From Octopus sinensis (lineage: Eukaryota): a stretch of 64,000 nucleotides of DNA. The stretch lies in assembly GCF_006345805.1 (NCBI RefSeq), contig NC_043007.1:34782001-34846000 (forward strand). The letters are read 5' to 3'. The notes beneath the pieces were generated by a model. The model searched no databases. It was not told where the DNA came from and saw nothing but the letters and a program-made list of their open reading frames with translations. How positions within the stretch are numbered: the stretch's first letter is position 1; every line of letters begins with the position of its first letter. Positions 39,592 to 52,655 of this stretch are shown here, in pieces. A program made the position numbers and the translations under genes.

Positions 39592-39639
39592 GTAAGACAA
39601 ATCAGTTCCAATCTTGCTTGTTCATGTTTTTAATTTATT

Positions 39640-39804
39640 ACTGTTGTTATTACTATCATCCTCATCATCACCATCATCATCACCACCATCATCATCATCA
39701 TCATCATCATTATCATCATTATTATTATTATCATTATTATTATTAATATTATTATTGTTGTTACAAAGGAACAATAAGAGTGCAACCGTTATCGAATGAA
39801 CACT

Positions 39805-39835
<31 letters not shown>

Positions 39836-39883
39836 TTATTATTATTATTATCATCATTATTATTATTATCATTATTATTATTA

Positions 39884-39978
<95 letters not shown>
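39640..39978. repeat. (CAT)n/(TAT)n trinucleotide tracts
   Basis: Direct reading; starts about 50 nt after the exon donor. Confidence 0.95.
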
Positions 39979-39979
<1 letters not shown>

Positions 39980-40291
39980 TTTAAAAAGGATTGATGTAAC
40001 CCTTCACAAAGGTTACATTTTATTTTTCTAAAATGATCATAAGATATTGGTTTCGATTCCTGGACCAGGCAACGCTTTGTGTTCTTGAGCGAAACACTTC
40101 CAGTCCACTCAGCTAGTAAAAATTAGTAATCCTGCAACTGACCAGTGTCCTGTCCAAGTGGGGAATTTATATACCATGGCCCTTATGAGTCAACATGACC
40201 CCCAAGAAAGTAATTTTACTTTTACCTGCTCAAAATAAAATCGTGCTCTTCATCTTGACTATCTTTATCATTATTATTATTATTATTATTA

Positions 40292-40346
<55 letters not shown>

Positions 40347-40682
40347 CCAGCATTCCAACACATGGCCTAGTGGGTTACGGTGTTGCACTCATGATCTAGC
40401 AATCGAGATTTCAATTTCTAGACCAGGTGGTGCGTTGTGTTCTTGAGCCAAAACACTTCATCTCACATTGCTCTGCAATCACTTAGACACCTGACATGTG
40501 GTACACCGTGCACCTGTTCAGACAACATCAATTTGATGGAGTGGGTGAGCTAATGTACAGCACATACATTTGATCACTATAAAGAAATCATTTGTGCAGG
40601 TCATTCAGCTAAAAGCTGAACTCTCATACACCATCCTCAACAGGAGAACCCATCATTAAAGATTTGCCCAAATTACCCTTAA

Positions 40683-40902
40683 CTCCTTTGTTACTAACCC
40701 GGCCAAAACCGGCTCTGGTTCTGTGGTAAAATGTCCTGCTTTCATAAGTTTTGAATTAAAATATTTCACCAAACCTTAGTCACAATTTATGTTCCTAACA
40801 CTAGCTTAATGATAACTAAGTTATTTTACTAAATTCTTTGTTATATTTAAAATAATTGAAAGAAACACAGAGCATCTCAAAATAAATACAGTAACAAAAG
40901 GG
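40683..40902. mobile_element. TTAA-flanked piggyBac-like MITE
   Basis: TTAA-ctcctttgttact ... agtaacaaaaggg-TTAA. Confidence 0.65.
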
Positions 40903-41775
40903 TTAAGTTCTGAGTTTAACAACTGCCAAGGTCAACTTTGTCATCCCTCACTCTAACAATTCTGTCGGCTCAATAATAATAACAAGCAAAATGCCTCCCC
41001 ATCCAATGGACGGTGCTGAGTTGTCAAACATTTTTTATACCAAATTTTCTCAAAACAACTTATCCGACCGTCCCATTGGCCTCCCCTTTGAGAAACACTG
41101 ATTTAACCTAAATTTGAGACACCAGTAAAAGAAGAAATAAAGATAGACTTTTTTTCTATTCCAAAGAAAAACGATTTTATTTACACAAATATGCAACCGA
41201 AGAGTTTAAAGTACCAGTAAGTACATCGCAACAGCTGATGTACTTGCATGTACAAATGCAGGTTCCCACGGCTTTATCAATCGCATTCTCACCTGGAATC
41301 GATTTTTGTAATTTTTTCAAGACTTATACACGCCCTGATACCATTGGTATCTATATATCAAATTTGAGTGCAATCGGATCGAGGATACCCAAGATCCTAG
41401 AAGACACTCACACACACAGGCAAAATGGATTTTATATGATAGATTATTATTTCTAATGTAGGCACAAGGCCTGTAATTTGAAAGAGAGGGCTGGTCACTT
41501 ACATCAGCTCCAATACTTAGCTAGTATTTTAGCTAGTAAGGATGAAAGGCAAAATTGACCTTATCAGAATTTGAACTCAGAATATAAAGAGAAAGAAGAA
41601 GTCACTAAGCATTTTACCTGATGCGCTAACGATTCTACTGGCAATTTTGGGGAGATCAGGTAAGTAGATGACATCAACCCCAGTACTCAGCTGGTACTTA
41701 TTTTATCAACAGCTGAAAAGATGACAGGTAAGGTTGACTTTGGCAGCATTCGAACTCACAATGTAAAGAACCAAA

Positions 41776-41937
41776 AGCGCAGGAGTGGCTGTGTGGTAAG
41801 TAGCTTGCTTACCAACCACATGGTCCTGGGTTCAGTTCCACTGCGTGGCACTTTGGGCAAGTGTGTTCTACTATAGCCTCAGGCCGGCCAAAGCCTTATC
41901 AGTGGATTTGGTAGATGGAAACTGAAAGAAGCCCATC

Positions 41938-41971
<34 letters not shown>

Positions 41972-42196
41972 ATATACATATGTGTTTGTGTGTCTGTGTT
42001 TGTCCCCCCGACATTGCTTGACAACCAATGCTGGTGCGTTTACTTCGCTGTAACTTAGCAGTTCGGCAAAAAGAGACTGATAGAATAAGTACTAGGCTTG
42101 CAAAGAAAAAGTCCTGGGGCTGATTTGCTCAACTAAAAGTGGTGCTCCAGCACGGCCACAGTCAAATGACTGAAACAAGTATAAGAGTAAAGAGTA
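41776..42196 (+). mobile_element. SINE family A
   Basis: Full-length match to the family A consensus. Confidence 0.85.
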
Positions 42197-42299
42197 ACCA
42201 GAAGAAATGTCACTAAGTGTTTTGTCAAATATGCTAATAATTCTGCTGCTTTGAATATAATAACCATAATGATTTCTTTTTTTTTTTTTTTTTTTGCCA

Positions 42300-44150
42300 C
42301 AGTGACATATTATGAAGGGGACATTACAAGGAGAGTTTACAATTTCTGTTGGGGTTTACATAAAAGATGGAGGCAAGAAAAGAGGGAAAATGAGATAAAC
42401 GTATGCATTGTTTGCAAAATATGTGAATACATTTATGACGCAGCCCTCCTGATACAGGAGAACCTCTAGTTAGAGCCAATCAATGAACCCCACTGATCCA
42501 AGATGACCCTGACCACCAAGGGCACAAGCTTTCGCACCCAAGTGTTGTTCTTCAATCTGCAAGAACATGTGTAGAGAAGGTCCATTCACCCTAACCATTT
42601 TTGTCACAGTCATCCACGTTTTGAAAGACTTTCCAATGAGGGAGCATTTCCCTCACCACGCACACTTTCCTTTCCAGTTGGATTTAGAAAAAGTTAGTGT
42701 GGACCTAACCAAAAATGATGTCTGTCCTCATCCATGTATGCAACCTCCTTTATTCCATGACCACTAGACAAAGGAACACTGTCTGCCTTACCTTGTTAAA
42801 AGTAGGTAGTTGTTGTTTGATCCTTCTCGAGCCATCCCTGGCTCATAAGGGCCGGTTTCTTTGCATATAGGTTCCCCACCTGGACGGGACGCCGGTCCGT
42901 CACAGGTGAGCTGTAAGATGCAGGAGGAATGAGTGAGAGAAAGTTGTGGCGAAATAGTCAGCAGAAGTTTGCCATTCCCTTCAGCCGGAGCTGCTTGGAG
43001 CTTAGGTGTTTCGCTCAAAAACACACATATCGTCCAGTCTGAGATTCAAACCCACGATCCCTCGACCGCGAGTCCGCTGCTCTAACCACTAGGTCATGTG
43101 CCTCCACTAAAAGTAGGTAGTGGAACGATCTAACACTGTCTGCCTTAACTTGTTGAAAGTAGGTGGTGGAATGATCTTCACTATGGTCTTGGACAAACAG
43201 CTGTTTGATTTAACTCCACAAGTCAGCAATACTTGAACACTGCCTGAGTGCATGCAGTACAGTTTTGTCTCTTTGCACACATCTTCGGTAGTCCGACCTG
43301 GTAGTACTTCTGTTCTTGTATGGTTTATCTTAAATGAGCAGTGCTCCTCAGTAACATTGTCAAGCCAGGAATTTCTGGAAGTTATCCATGGTAGTTCCTG
43401 GTCTAAAAAGTGGAGGCACATGGCTTAGTGATTAGGGTGTTGGACTCATGATCATAAGAGTGTGGTTTCGATTCCTGGACCAGGCAACGCGTTGTGTTCT
43501 TGAGCGAAGCACTTCATTTTACATTGCTCCAGTCCACTCAGCTGGCAAAAATGAGTAATCCTGCAACTGACCAGCATCCTGTCCAGGTGGAGAATTGGAG
43601 AATTTATACACCATGGCCCTGATGAATCAAAATGACCCAAGAAAATAATTTTACTTTTACCTGGTCTAAAAGTCATCTCAAACAGACCAGCTAGTTCATC
43701 CTCATCAATGCCTACATTTCCCAAGAATGTCATTGCTCCTACCTACCTCTAGATCTCTGTATATTGCTAACAAAGAATTCCACCAACTGTACAGCTCAAC
43801 TGGTGGTAAGCAGTGAGCACCTGATGACCAGGCACCTAGTGTTGGTCTTTTCTTGTCACACAACTGCTGTTCAAAGAGATGAACTGCAGAAAGACATATG
43901 TTACAAACAGAAATGACACCTACTCATTGTCCAGGAAAATCTGCAGGTGGCACGGCCTCAGCATGTGTCTGCGTAGTAGCCATGCCATGTCAAGACAGCC
44001 TTCAAGAAGTTGCTGGCAACAGGTGGACCATCAGACCAGTGGAATGCATTCCTTCAGCAAAAGATGGAAAAGTAGATGGCTCCAGTCTGACCAAATGTAA
44101 ACTGGGATTACAGCAGTGAGATGATAAGTTATTACAGGGGTCGACGGATT
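42300..44150 (-). mobile_element. Highly degraded L1/Tx1-like LINE remnant interrupted by SINEs
   Basis: The minus-strand peptide QLERKVCVVRKCSLIGKSFKTWMTVTKMVRVNG resembles Tx1-type ORF2 C-termini (from memory). Many stops. Confidence 0.35.
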
Positions 44151-47100
44151 TATTAGGGATCACACACTAATAGCAATAATAATGATGATGATTTTAATAA
44201 TAATTGTAATTATACCAATGAAATCAGAAATAATATTAGTCATCATCATCATCATCATCATCATCATCGTTTAGCGTCCGCTTTCCATGCTAGCATGGGT
44301 TGGACGGCTCAACTGGGGTCTGGGAAGCCAGAAGGCTGCACCAGGCCCAGTCCGATCTGGCAATGTTTCTATGGCTGGATGCCCTTCCTAATGCCAACCA
44401 CTCCGTGAGTGTAGTGGGTGCTTTTTACGTGCCAGATGAGGCTGGCAAACGGCCATGGTTGGATGGTGCTTTTTACGTGCCACCAGCATGGAGGCCAGGC
44501 GAGGCTGGCAATGGCCACGATCGGATGGTGCTTTTTACGTGCCACCGGCACGAGGCCAGTCGGGGCGGCGCTGGCAACGGCCACGTTCGGATGGCTCTCT
44601 TAGTGATAGTAGTATTATTGTTATTCTGCATTCACTCAAATTATGATGTAGGAAAAATGAAAGGACCCACATAGAGATCATTCCGGTCATGTGACTTGTC
44701 AGATTGAACTCCTGTCACCAGATATAACAGTTCAGATCTAATACATACATATATCTTCCCATGAAGGATGATTATACATCATGGAAAATTGAACTAAAGA
44801 AGCTGTAGGTATGATTGGTGTAAATATCTCGGCTTGCTTATAATTCCTACCTCTTTGTCGTTCTTACCGCAAAGTGCTTGACCAGCAAATTGAATTCACA
44901 GAACCAATTTCTTTTTTGCTTTTAAAATCCCGTTTAGCTAATCACCCACTTTAGATATTCGTTTTGATATCATCATCATCTTTATCATTGTCATGATGAT
45001 CAGTTTAATGTCCAATTTATTGGGACAGATTTTCTGGCTGGATACCCCTTCTTTCACCAGCATCCCCTGTTTCCTCATGGCCAGCCATGTTTTCATGAAA
45101 GGTTGGAAATGATTGATGCTGCTTGTGTGGTGGTGATGCTCATTTACAACCCTCATGCAATGTTGTTATAAGGACACACACACACACACATATATAGATA
45201 CAGATGCAGCTATATAGGCACCAGTGTGGCTGTATTTTTGAGAAGCATACTTCCCAACTATGTGGGTTTGGGTTCAGTCCTACTGCACAGCACCTTGGAC
45301 AAGTGTCTTCTATTGTAGCCCTGGACTGAATAAAGCCTTGTGAAAGGATTTTGAAGACGGAAACTGTGTTTGTATTAATGAGTGTGCATGTGTGTTTGTG
45401 TGTGTGCATGTGTGCACCCTTGTCTAGACATCATGTGTTGGTTGTGGAGGTACATGGCCTAGTGGTTAGAGCAGCGGACTCGCAGTCGAGGGATCACGGG
45501 TTTGAATCTCAGACTTGGCAATGTGTGTGTTTATGAGCGAAACACCTAAGATCCACGCGGCTCCAGCAGAAGGTAATGGCAAACTTCTGCTGACTCTTTC
45601 GCCACAACTTTCTCTCACTCTTTCCTCCTGCATATTGCAGCTCACCTGTGACGGACCAGCGTCCCATTCAGGTGGGGAACCTATATGCCCTATGAGCCAG
45701 GCATGGCTCGAGAAGGAACAAACAAACATGTGTTGGTTGTAAATGAGCATAGATGTCATACATGCAGGTTTATTCTTTCCCAGTTTTCTGTAAAAAAACA
45801 TGTCTAGCAATGGGAAGATATTACTTTTCTTGGAAACGGATGAGGGTTGGCTCTCAAGAAGGTGGATCTGGTTGTAGCATATATCCCTCGACAAATCCCA
45901 CCTGGAAAAGTGGATGTCAAAAATAATAACGAGCTTCTTTCAATTTCCGTCTACTAAATCCACTTGCGAGGCTTTGGTCAGCCTAGGGCTACAATAAAAA
46001 GCACTTGCCCAAGGTGCCATGCAGTGGGAGTGAACCTAGAACCTCATGATTGACATTTCACTTTTGAAATCTTTTAAAACTACACAGGTACACAGCTACA
46101 TGTGTGTCTTATATGGTTGCTTTTATAAAATCTGATTATCTTGTTTTAAAACCTGGCTTTAGCCATCATTTTTTCTATACTGTATAAGAACGGCACTCCA
46201 TAGGTTAGAACAATGAGGATTCTAATTGATCCAATCAACTGAATAGTCTGCTTGTGAAATTAACATGCATGTGGCTGAGTATTCCACAGACACATGTACA
46301 CTTAATGCAGTTCTCAGGGAGATTCAGCATGACACGAGTATGACAAGGCCGGTTCTTTGAAATACGGGTACTACTCATTTTTGCCAACTGAGTGGACTAG
46401 AGCAACATGAAATATAATGTTTTTGCTCAAGGACACAACATGTCACCAGGAATTGAACTCATGAACTTGTGATTGCGAGCTAAATATCTTAACCACTAAG
46501 CCATGTGCCTTCACTCATATAAGGATACAGACATCACATTCTAAATGCTCATTTATGGCACAGTTCTGTCTATTCTAAGATAATTTTTGGTCTATCACAA
46601 TAAAATTTATTATCACCCAGATTTCAGTCTGTTGCCACATGTCACTCACTCTTTGGCCTCAGTTCTTCAGAGCCATCTAGTCTGGTGTCACCTTCACTGG
46701 TGCACACTCAACTAAACTCATTATCCCTCTTATTTTTACCCTTGTGTCCAAACTCCCCTACCCAGCACTTATCACTGTTCTACATCTTCTTCCTCATAAT
46801 ATTGGTCCTCTAGAATTCTCACCTGCACGATATTCATTGTATCAATTCCACCAGTCTTGGGGAACTTGTGAAAACCATGAGCAATTGCTCCTTTTGTCCA
46901 GATCTAATTACTGAAATAAAGACAACCTGCATTCTTATTTCTTTATTACCCACAAGGGGCTAAACACAGAGGGGGCAAACAAGGACAGACAAACGGATTA
47001 AGTCGATTACATCGACCCCAGTGCGTAACTGGTACTTAATTTATCGACCCCGAAAGGATGAAAGGCAAAGTCGACCTCGGCGGAATTTGAACTCAGAACG

Positions 47101-47334
47101 TTACAGCAGACGAAATACCACTAAGCATTTCGCCCGGCGTGCTAACGGTTCTACCAGCTCACTGCCTTAAGACAACCTGCATTCCACAAACACACAGAGT
47201 GCAATGAGAAGATTTTTTTTTTTAGAGGAGAAATATCTTGGTCTTCACAGCATTTATTTTCATCTCTATCTTGCAACACTTGGCAGTGAAGCCATTTAAT
47301 ACAAGCTGGAGATCACCTTCTGATCAGCCGAATA

Positions 47335-47889
47335 TTGAGTTGTCCAGAAAGTTTGTGCCGACTTTTAAAGGAAAGAAAAAGGTCAATAAATACTAGCCAT
47401 TACATTTTTAATCAACCAAATATGAACCATTTTGTTTCACAATGTGTCTCCATCTTACCTTTTACTTGAAAATACCTTCTTCCCAGAATTGAGGTGGTTT
47501 CATGGCAAAGAATTCATCATATGTCATCCAAGGAATTGAAATTTTTACCATTAAGACTATTCTGCAGGGACCTGAATAAGTGGAAATCCAAAGGAGCAAT
47601 ATCTGGTGAATATGGAGGGTGGGATAATACATCCCAGCCAAGCTGCAGCAATTTTTGTCTGGTTCCCAAAGCATCAAGTGCCGAAAATGAACTTTCTTAT
47701 CTTCTGTTTTAAAGGGTTACAGAATTAACACAGGATATAGAATCATAAACCTTCTTCCGCTAAAAGATAGCTTAAACTGTGCTCTAAATGGAGGTGTAGT
47801 AAAATCCTATTTTATGGACTCAACCATGTTTTAAAATAAGTCGAAAGGTAAGCTACTATAAATCGGCATGAACTTTCCGGACAACTCAG
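47335..47889 (-). mobile_element. Non-autonomous mariner deletion derivative, copy 1
   Basis: TA-ttgagttgtccagaaagtt ... aactttccggacaactcag-TA. Transposase C-terminal remnant similar to copy 2. Confidence 0.9.
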
Positions 47890-49943
47890 TAGTACCAAGT
47901 CATCTGCAAATGTGAGCCAACCAATCCTCACTTAATGAAGGATCTCTGGAATACCATTGCTCGAGAGAATGTGTAGCTTGGAGTCTTTCCGAGTTCAAGC
48001 TGCTGCTTCTCTATATCGACAGGTTACAGTTCTGATACTATGGATTTTTGTGGTCAGAATACTGCAGGAAAGAATTACACAACAGATTCTTCAACTGAGC
48101 CAACTAGCAGGAGACCTACTGGTAGGCCATAAATGGAATGGTTGATATAATAATAATACCCATAGTCTTGGTTGTGCATGGGAATCCAGCAGGAAAGTTT
48201 ATTGACAGTTACTTCTGACAGGACCCTATGGAGCAAATGCATGAGGACTCTACCCCTGCCTCACCCCGTGACTTTCCAAGAAATAGTGAGTAACGAAAAT
48301 TGATGGATGGATGGATGGAAAAGAACTTCATCATCATCATCATTTAACGTCCGGTTTCCATGCTAGCATGGGTTGGATGATTTTGACTGAGGGCTGGCGA
48401 ACCAGATGGCTGCACCAGGCTCCAATCTTGATCTGGCAGAGTTTCTACAGCTGGATGCCCTTCCTAACGCCAACCACTCTGAGAGTGTAGTGGGTGCTTT
48501 TTACGTGCCGCCTTGTTAAATAGATATATTTCTGTCACAGTTATTCCTACTGTTACATACCCTTCTGCTGTCACACAAATTTGACCATGTCACATTTCAC
48601 TCAGTCACATTAATTCCTGCTGTTACTCATCCTATTCCAATGGAAAACTCTGTAGACTGCCACTCAAATTTTACTGTCACACTTCACCCTATTATCTTGT
48701 CGCATTACTCTCAGTTACACTGATCTGTTTCTGTCACAATATGTTCTGCCGTTACATGTCCTACTATTCTGGATACTATTATACAAAAGATTTCTTATTG
48801 TCACATGTTATCTAAAAATTGTTTCTGCAATCAGAGAAATGTTATGTTTGATTCAAGTATTTCTCTTTAAAATGATACTACATTTTGTCACAATATTCTG
48901 TTACAAATTCTGTTACAGTTACCTCTTCTGTCTCATAAAGCTGATCTGATTCTGTTACATAATTTTCTCATGCTTGGCACAAACTTGTTTGTGCGGTTAA
49001 GAGGTTTGCCAGTCAATATAAACAGGCTGTTCTATTTCCACCTACCAAATCCTCTCACAAGGCTTTGGTCAGATCAGGGGCAAAACCCACTTGCCCAAGG
49101 TGACATGCAATGAGATTGAACCTGAAGCCATGTGGTTAGAAAGCAATCTTCTTAAAGTAGGCATGGCTACACATCATCATCATCATCATCGTTTAACGTC
49201 CGTTCTCCATGCTAGCATGGGTTGGACGGTTCGACCAGGGATCTGGGAAGCCAGAAGGCTGCACCAGGCTCCGGTCTTATCTGGCAAAGTTTCTACAGCT
49301 GGATGCCCTTCCTAACGCCAACCACTCCGAGAGTGTAGTGGGTGCTTTTTACGTGCCACCTGCACTGGTGCCAGGCGAGGCTGGCATCGGCCATGGTCGG
49401 ATTGGTGTATTTTACGTGCCACCTGCACGGAAGCCAGTCGAGGCGGCACTGGCTTCGGCCACGATTCAGATGGTGCTTATACAAATATATTAATATGTAG
49501 CAGAAGCAACAGAGTGACTCAAGGGCTGAGAATTTTGTGCGTTGGCACTTATCAAAAGCTCTCAGCCCTTTGGTCATCATCATCATCATCATCATCGTTT
49601 AATGTCCGCTTTCCATGCTAGCATGGATTGGATGATTTGACTGAGGAGTGGTGAACCAGGTGGCTGCACCAGGCTCCTATCTGATCTGGCAGTGTTTCTA
49701 CAGCTGGATGCCCTTCCTAACGCCAACACTCTGAGAGTGTAGTGGATGCTTTTACATGCCACCGGCACGAGAGCCAGTCAGGCAGTTCTGGCAACAGTCA
49801 CGCTCAAATGGTGTTTTTTACATGCGACCTGCACAGGAACTAGTCCAGCGGCACTGGCAATGACCTAGCATGGTTGAGACCAATAAAGGAATAATATAAT
49901 TGAAGAAAATACTATAATGTTTTGCTCAAAAATGATATTGGAG

Positions 49944-50440
49944 TTACTTACTTCTACTTGTGACGGCATTCACCCATGGCGGGTTGAACCGGCTTCTTCT
50001 TTGTTCGTAACGGCATCACGAACCATGGCAGCCCATGGTCGACGGTCCTGTGCGAGGTCACTGGAGATAGCGAGCCATTCACAGTTCCATCTGCGCAAAC
50101 CGACCACCTGCGGACCTGAGACTTTGGAGAGGTCCTCCTTTATCGTACTCTAATGTCCATCCCCTCCTCAAAGCGGTAGGGTAGTGTAAACGGGCAGTGT
50201 CAGAGCTATGCCATCGGGAACTTCGGTTCCTGGTAGGGCCACCCAAGGCGGATTGGTCTGGCACTGAGCGGTATTAGGGCCGCAGCCTGGCCAACAGGGC
50301 TCTGGTGAAAATTCCAAGAGGCGTCTGATTGGTAACCGGCGGCTTCGAGGTCATTCTTTCCCTGCGTCTGTGGAGACTCCGCAGCAAACAGGGCGTCCTG
50401 TCACTCGGGATATGCATGTGGAATGTTGGGGACCGCTTGT
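49944..50440 (-). mobile_element. RTE LINE 3' fragment of a different family (SR2-like C-terminus)
   Basis: Minus strand TIKEDLSKVSGPQVVGLRRWNCEWLAISSDLAQDRRPWAAMVRDAV, then a caagtagaagtaagta tail. GC-rich. Confidence 0.7.
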
Positions 50441-50584
50441 GAATTCAATATTCCCATGAAACTTCTTCTATGAATCCTACTACATTGGGGTTACACATTG
50501 GGGTTAGCTCACTGTGGTGGCCTTTGTGATAAATAGTAAAGATATATCTCACCTTTATCTTATTCTTCATTTGTTTCTTTCCAG

Positions 50585-51181
50585 GCTCCACTGAAATCAA
50601 TTGTGCAGGAAGTGCAGAGACAAGCTGCTGCAGCTGCTGCCATCGCTGCAACATCTATTGTAAGCACGTTGACCACGACAACCAACATGACGACAGGGAT
50701 CTCACTGTCTGTAGATGGCCAGACGGCTTCTCTGTCCCAAGTCCACTCCGCTGCCCCACTCTCGGCTACCGCCCAGACACATGCCCTTGCACCGCTCACA
50801 GACAGCAGAACACGCATGCGGATATGTACAAAGGAGATCGTTTGCCTCCTGCCAACCTGCATCACTTCTATACCAATCCCAAGAAGGTACACCCGGCGCA
50901 TTCTAGCTGAGAAGGGTCTCGTCCAAAAGATACGTATCGCCACCTATTGGACAGAAGAACAAATTAAAACCGAAATCTCATCTCTGTTTCGTAAGCCCTA
51001 CGGACTTCAACAGGGCGAAATCCTTCCGTTTGACTATCTATGTACAAAGCCAAACTGTAAACGACTGGTCAGAGCTTCAGCATCCGATTCCGTCCAGTGG
51101 GGTGGTCAAGAGGTCGCTAGGTTGGCTGGCCAGGGGTGTCTATACATAGTTTCCAGGATTCCATTATACACAAATACAATG
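50585..51181 (+). CDS. Coding exon (199 codons, phase 0-0): A/T/S-rich linker plus domain copy 2
   Basis: Acceptor ttcatttgtttctttccAG (50583-84) and donor G/GTGAGT (51182). 597 nt open: APLKSIVQEVQRQAAAAAAIAAT...RICTKEIVCLLP...LAGQGCLYIVSRIPLYTNTM. Confidence 0.9.
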
Positions 51182-52237
51182 GTGAGTGAAGCATGTTTAC
51201 ATTTTTATATTCTATTTCTATATGTGTGAATATATATATGTATTTATAATGTATGTTGGGCTTTGTTTGTCTGTTCTGTTATTTTTCACAGGTTTAATTT
51301 CAAGCAAGGGGTCAAAGAAGGCCAACCAAGTTGTCTAAGGGATTATCATGCTGCCAAACGAAGTGTTCAAGGATTCATATCATATAAATATTTCATCACA
51401 GAGTTCGCACTCATCTCCATGGGCCCTAAACCTAGAGTCTTCAACATTTGCTGCCTCATTTGACTTAGTTATTAATAAGTACCATGGGGTGTGGTGTAAG
51501 GTGCAAGTTATTCGCTTAAGGGAAGAAATATGACGTAAGGGAATTTATATTTCTTAAGGGAAGAAATATAAGTAAAAGAAATATGACGACTGTTCTTTTT
51601 CAAATCTTTTTAATGATTTCGTTAGCTTGTAAGGTGAAGGGCAAATAGATTTTTGTCTCTCACTGGTTCAAGTGACCTAGCTGTTGATAGGTAGCATAAC
51701 AACTGAATATTTAATGAAATTGAGGGCCGTATAATTGTTTGAATAATGTGTTTTAAGTGCTTGTAGTATTCATGTCCGTTCAGAGGCATGAACCTTTACC
51801 AGGCTTGGTTGACTGAGCAACCTTTAGACATCATGAAGATAGAAGGAAGTTACATGTAAAATCTGCCAAAGGCCCCTTTCATCTATCCTTAAAATACACT
51901 TTATTGAAATCCTTCCAGAATAAAAAAAAATCAATGGAGATCAAGAGTGTGTTGATATAGAATTTATTTCATTACATTTGGTTATACACCATGAGGGTGA
52001 AAGTGATCGGATGAATGGTGCCACAGAGAAGTCTGGCTAACCAGAAGTCCCTTCACTGCAGACCAGCTCACTAGCTAGCCTGCAGTGAAGTTCCTATCTA
52101 CAGTTTGTCTGTTATAAGGCCTTGAGCAGTGCATGACACCAGCACGATTCATATATTTTCACACATACACACATCTACACATATGTACACATACAGATGC
52201 ATACACCCACTCTTACACAGAAGCACGAATAAATATA

Positions 52238-52655
52238 GGCAGCAAACTGGCAGAAACGTTAGCACGCTGAGCGAAATACTTAGCGGTATTTCGTCTGCCA
52301 TTACGTTCTGAGTTCAAATTCCACCAAGGTCGACTTTGCCTTTCATCCTTTCAGGGTCGATTAAATAAGCACCAGTTATGCACTGGGGTCGATATAATCA
52401 ACTTAATCCGTTTGTCTGTCCTTGTTTGTCCTCTCTGTGTTTAGACCCCTGTGGGTAGTAAAGAAATAGGTATTTTGTCCACCACTATGTTCTGAGTTCA
52501 AATTCCGCCGAGGTTGACGTAGCCTTTCATCCTTTCGGGGTCGATTAAATAAGTACCCAGTTACGCACTGGGGTTGATGTAAACAACTTAATCTCTTTGT
52601 CTGTCCTTGTTTGTCCCCTCTATGTTTAGCCCATTATGGGCAATAAAGAAATAAC
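52238..52655 (+). mobile_element. SINE-B dimer
   Basis: Head, unit, aaagaaatag|gtattt junction and a second unit ending ggcaataaagaaata. Confidence 0.85.

Noticed and set aside
39780-40031. Poly-Tyr/poly-Ile ORFs after the exon
   Set aside because: (TAT)n microsatellite downstream of a good splice donor.
50560-50943. Antisense ORFs over the domain exons (also 39165-39413)
   Set aside because: Shadow ORFs of the GC-richer sense exons; splice signals and the conservation pattern support the + strand.
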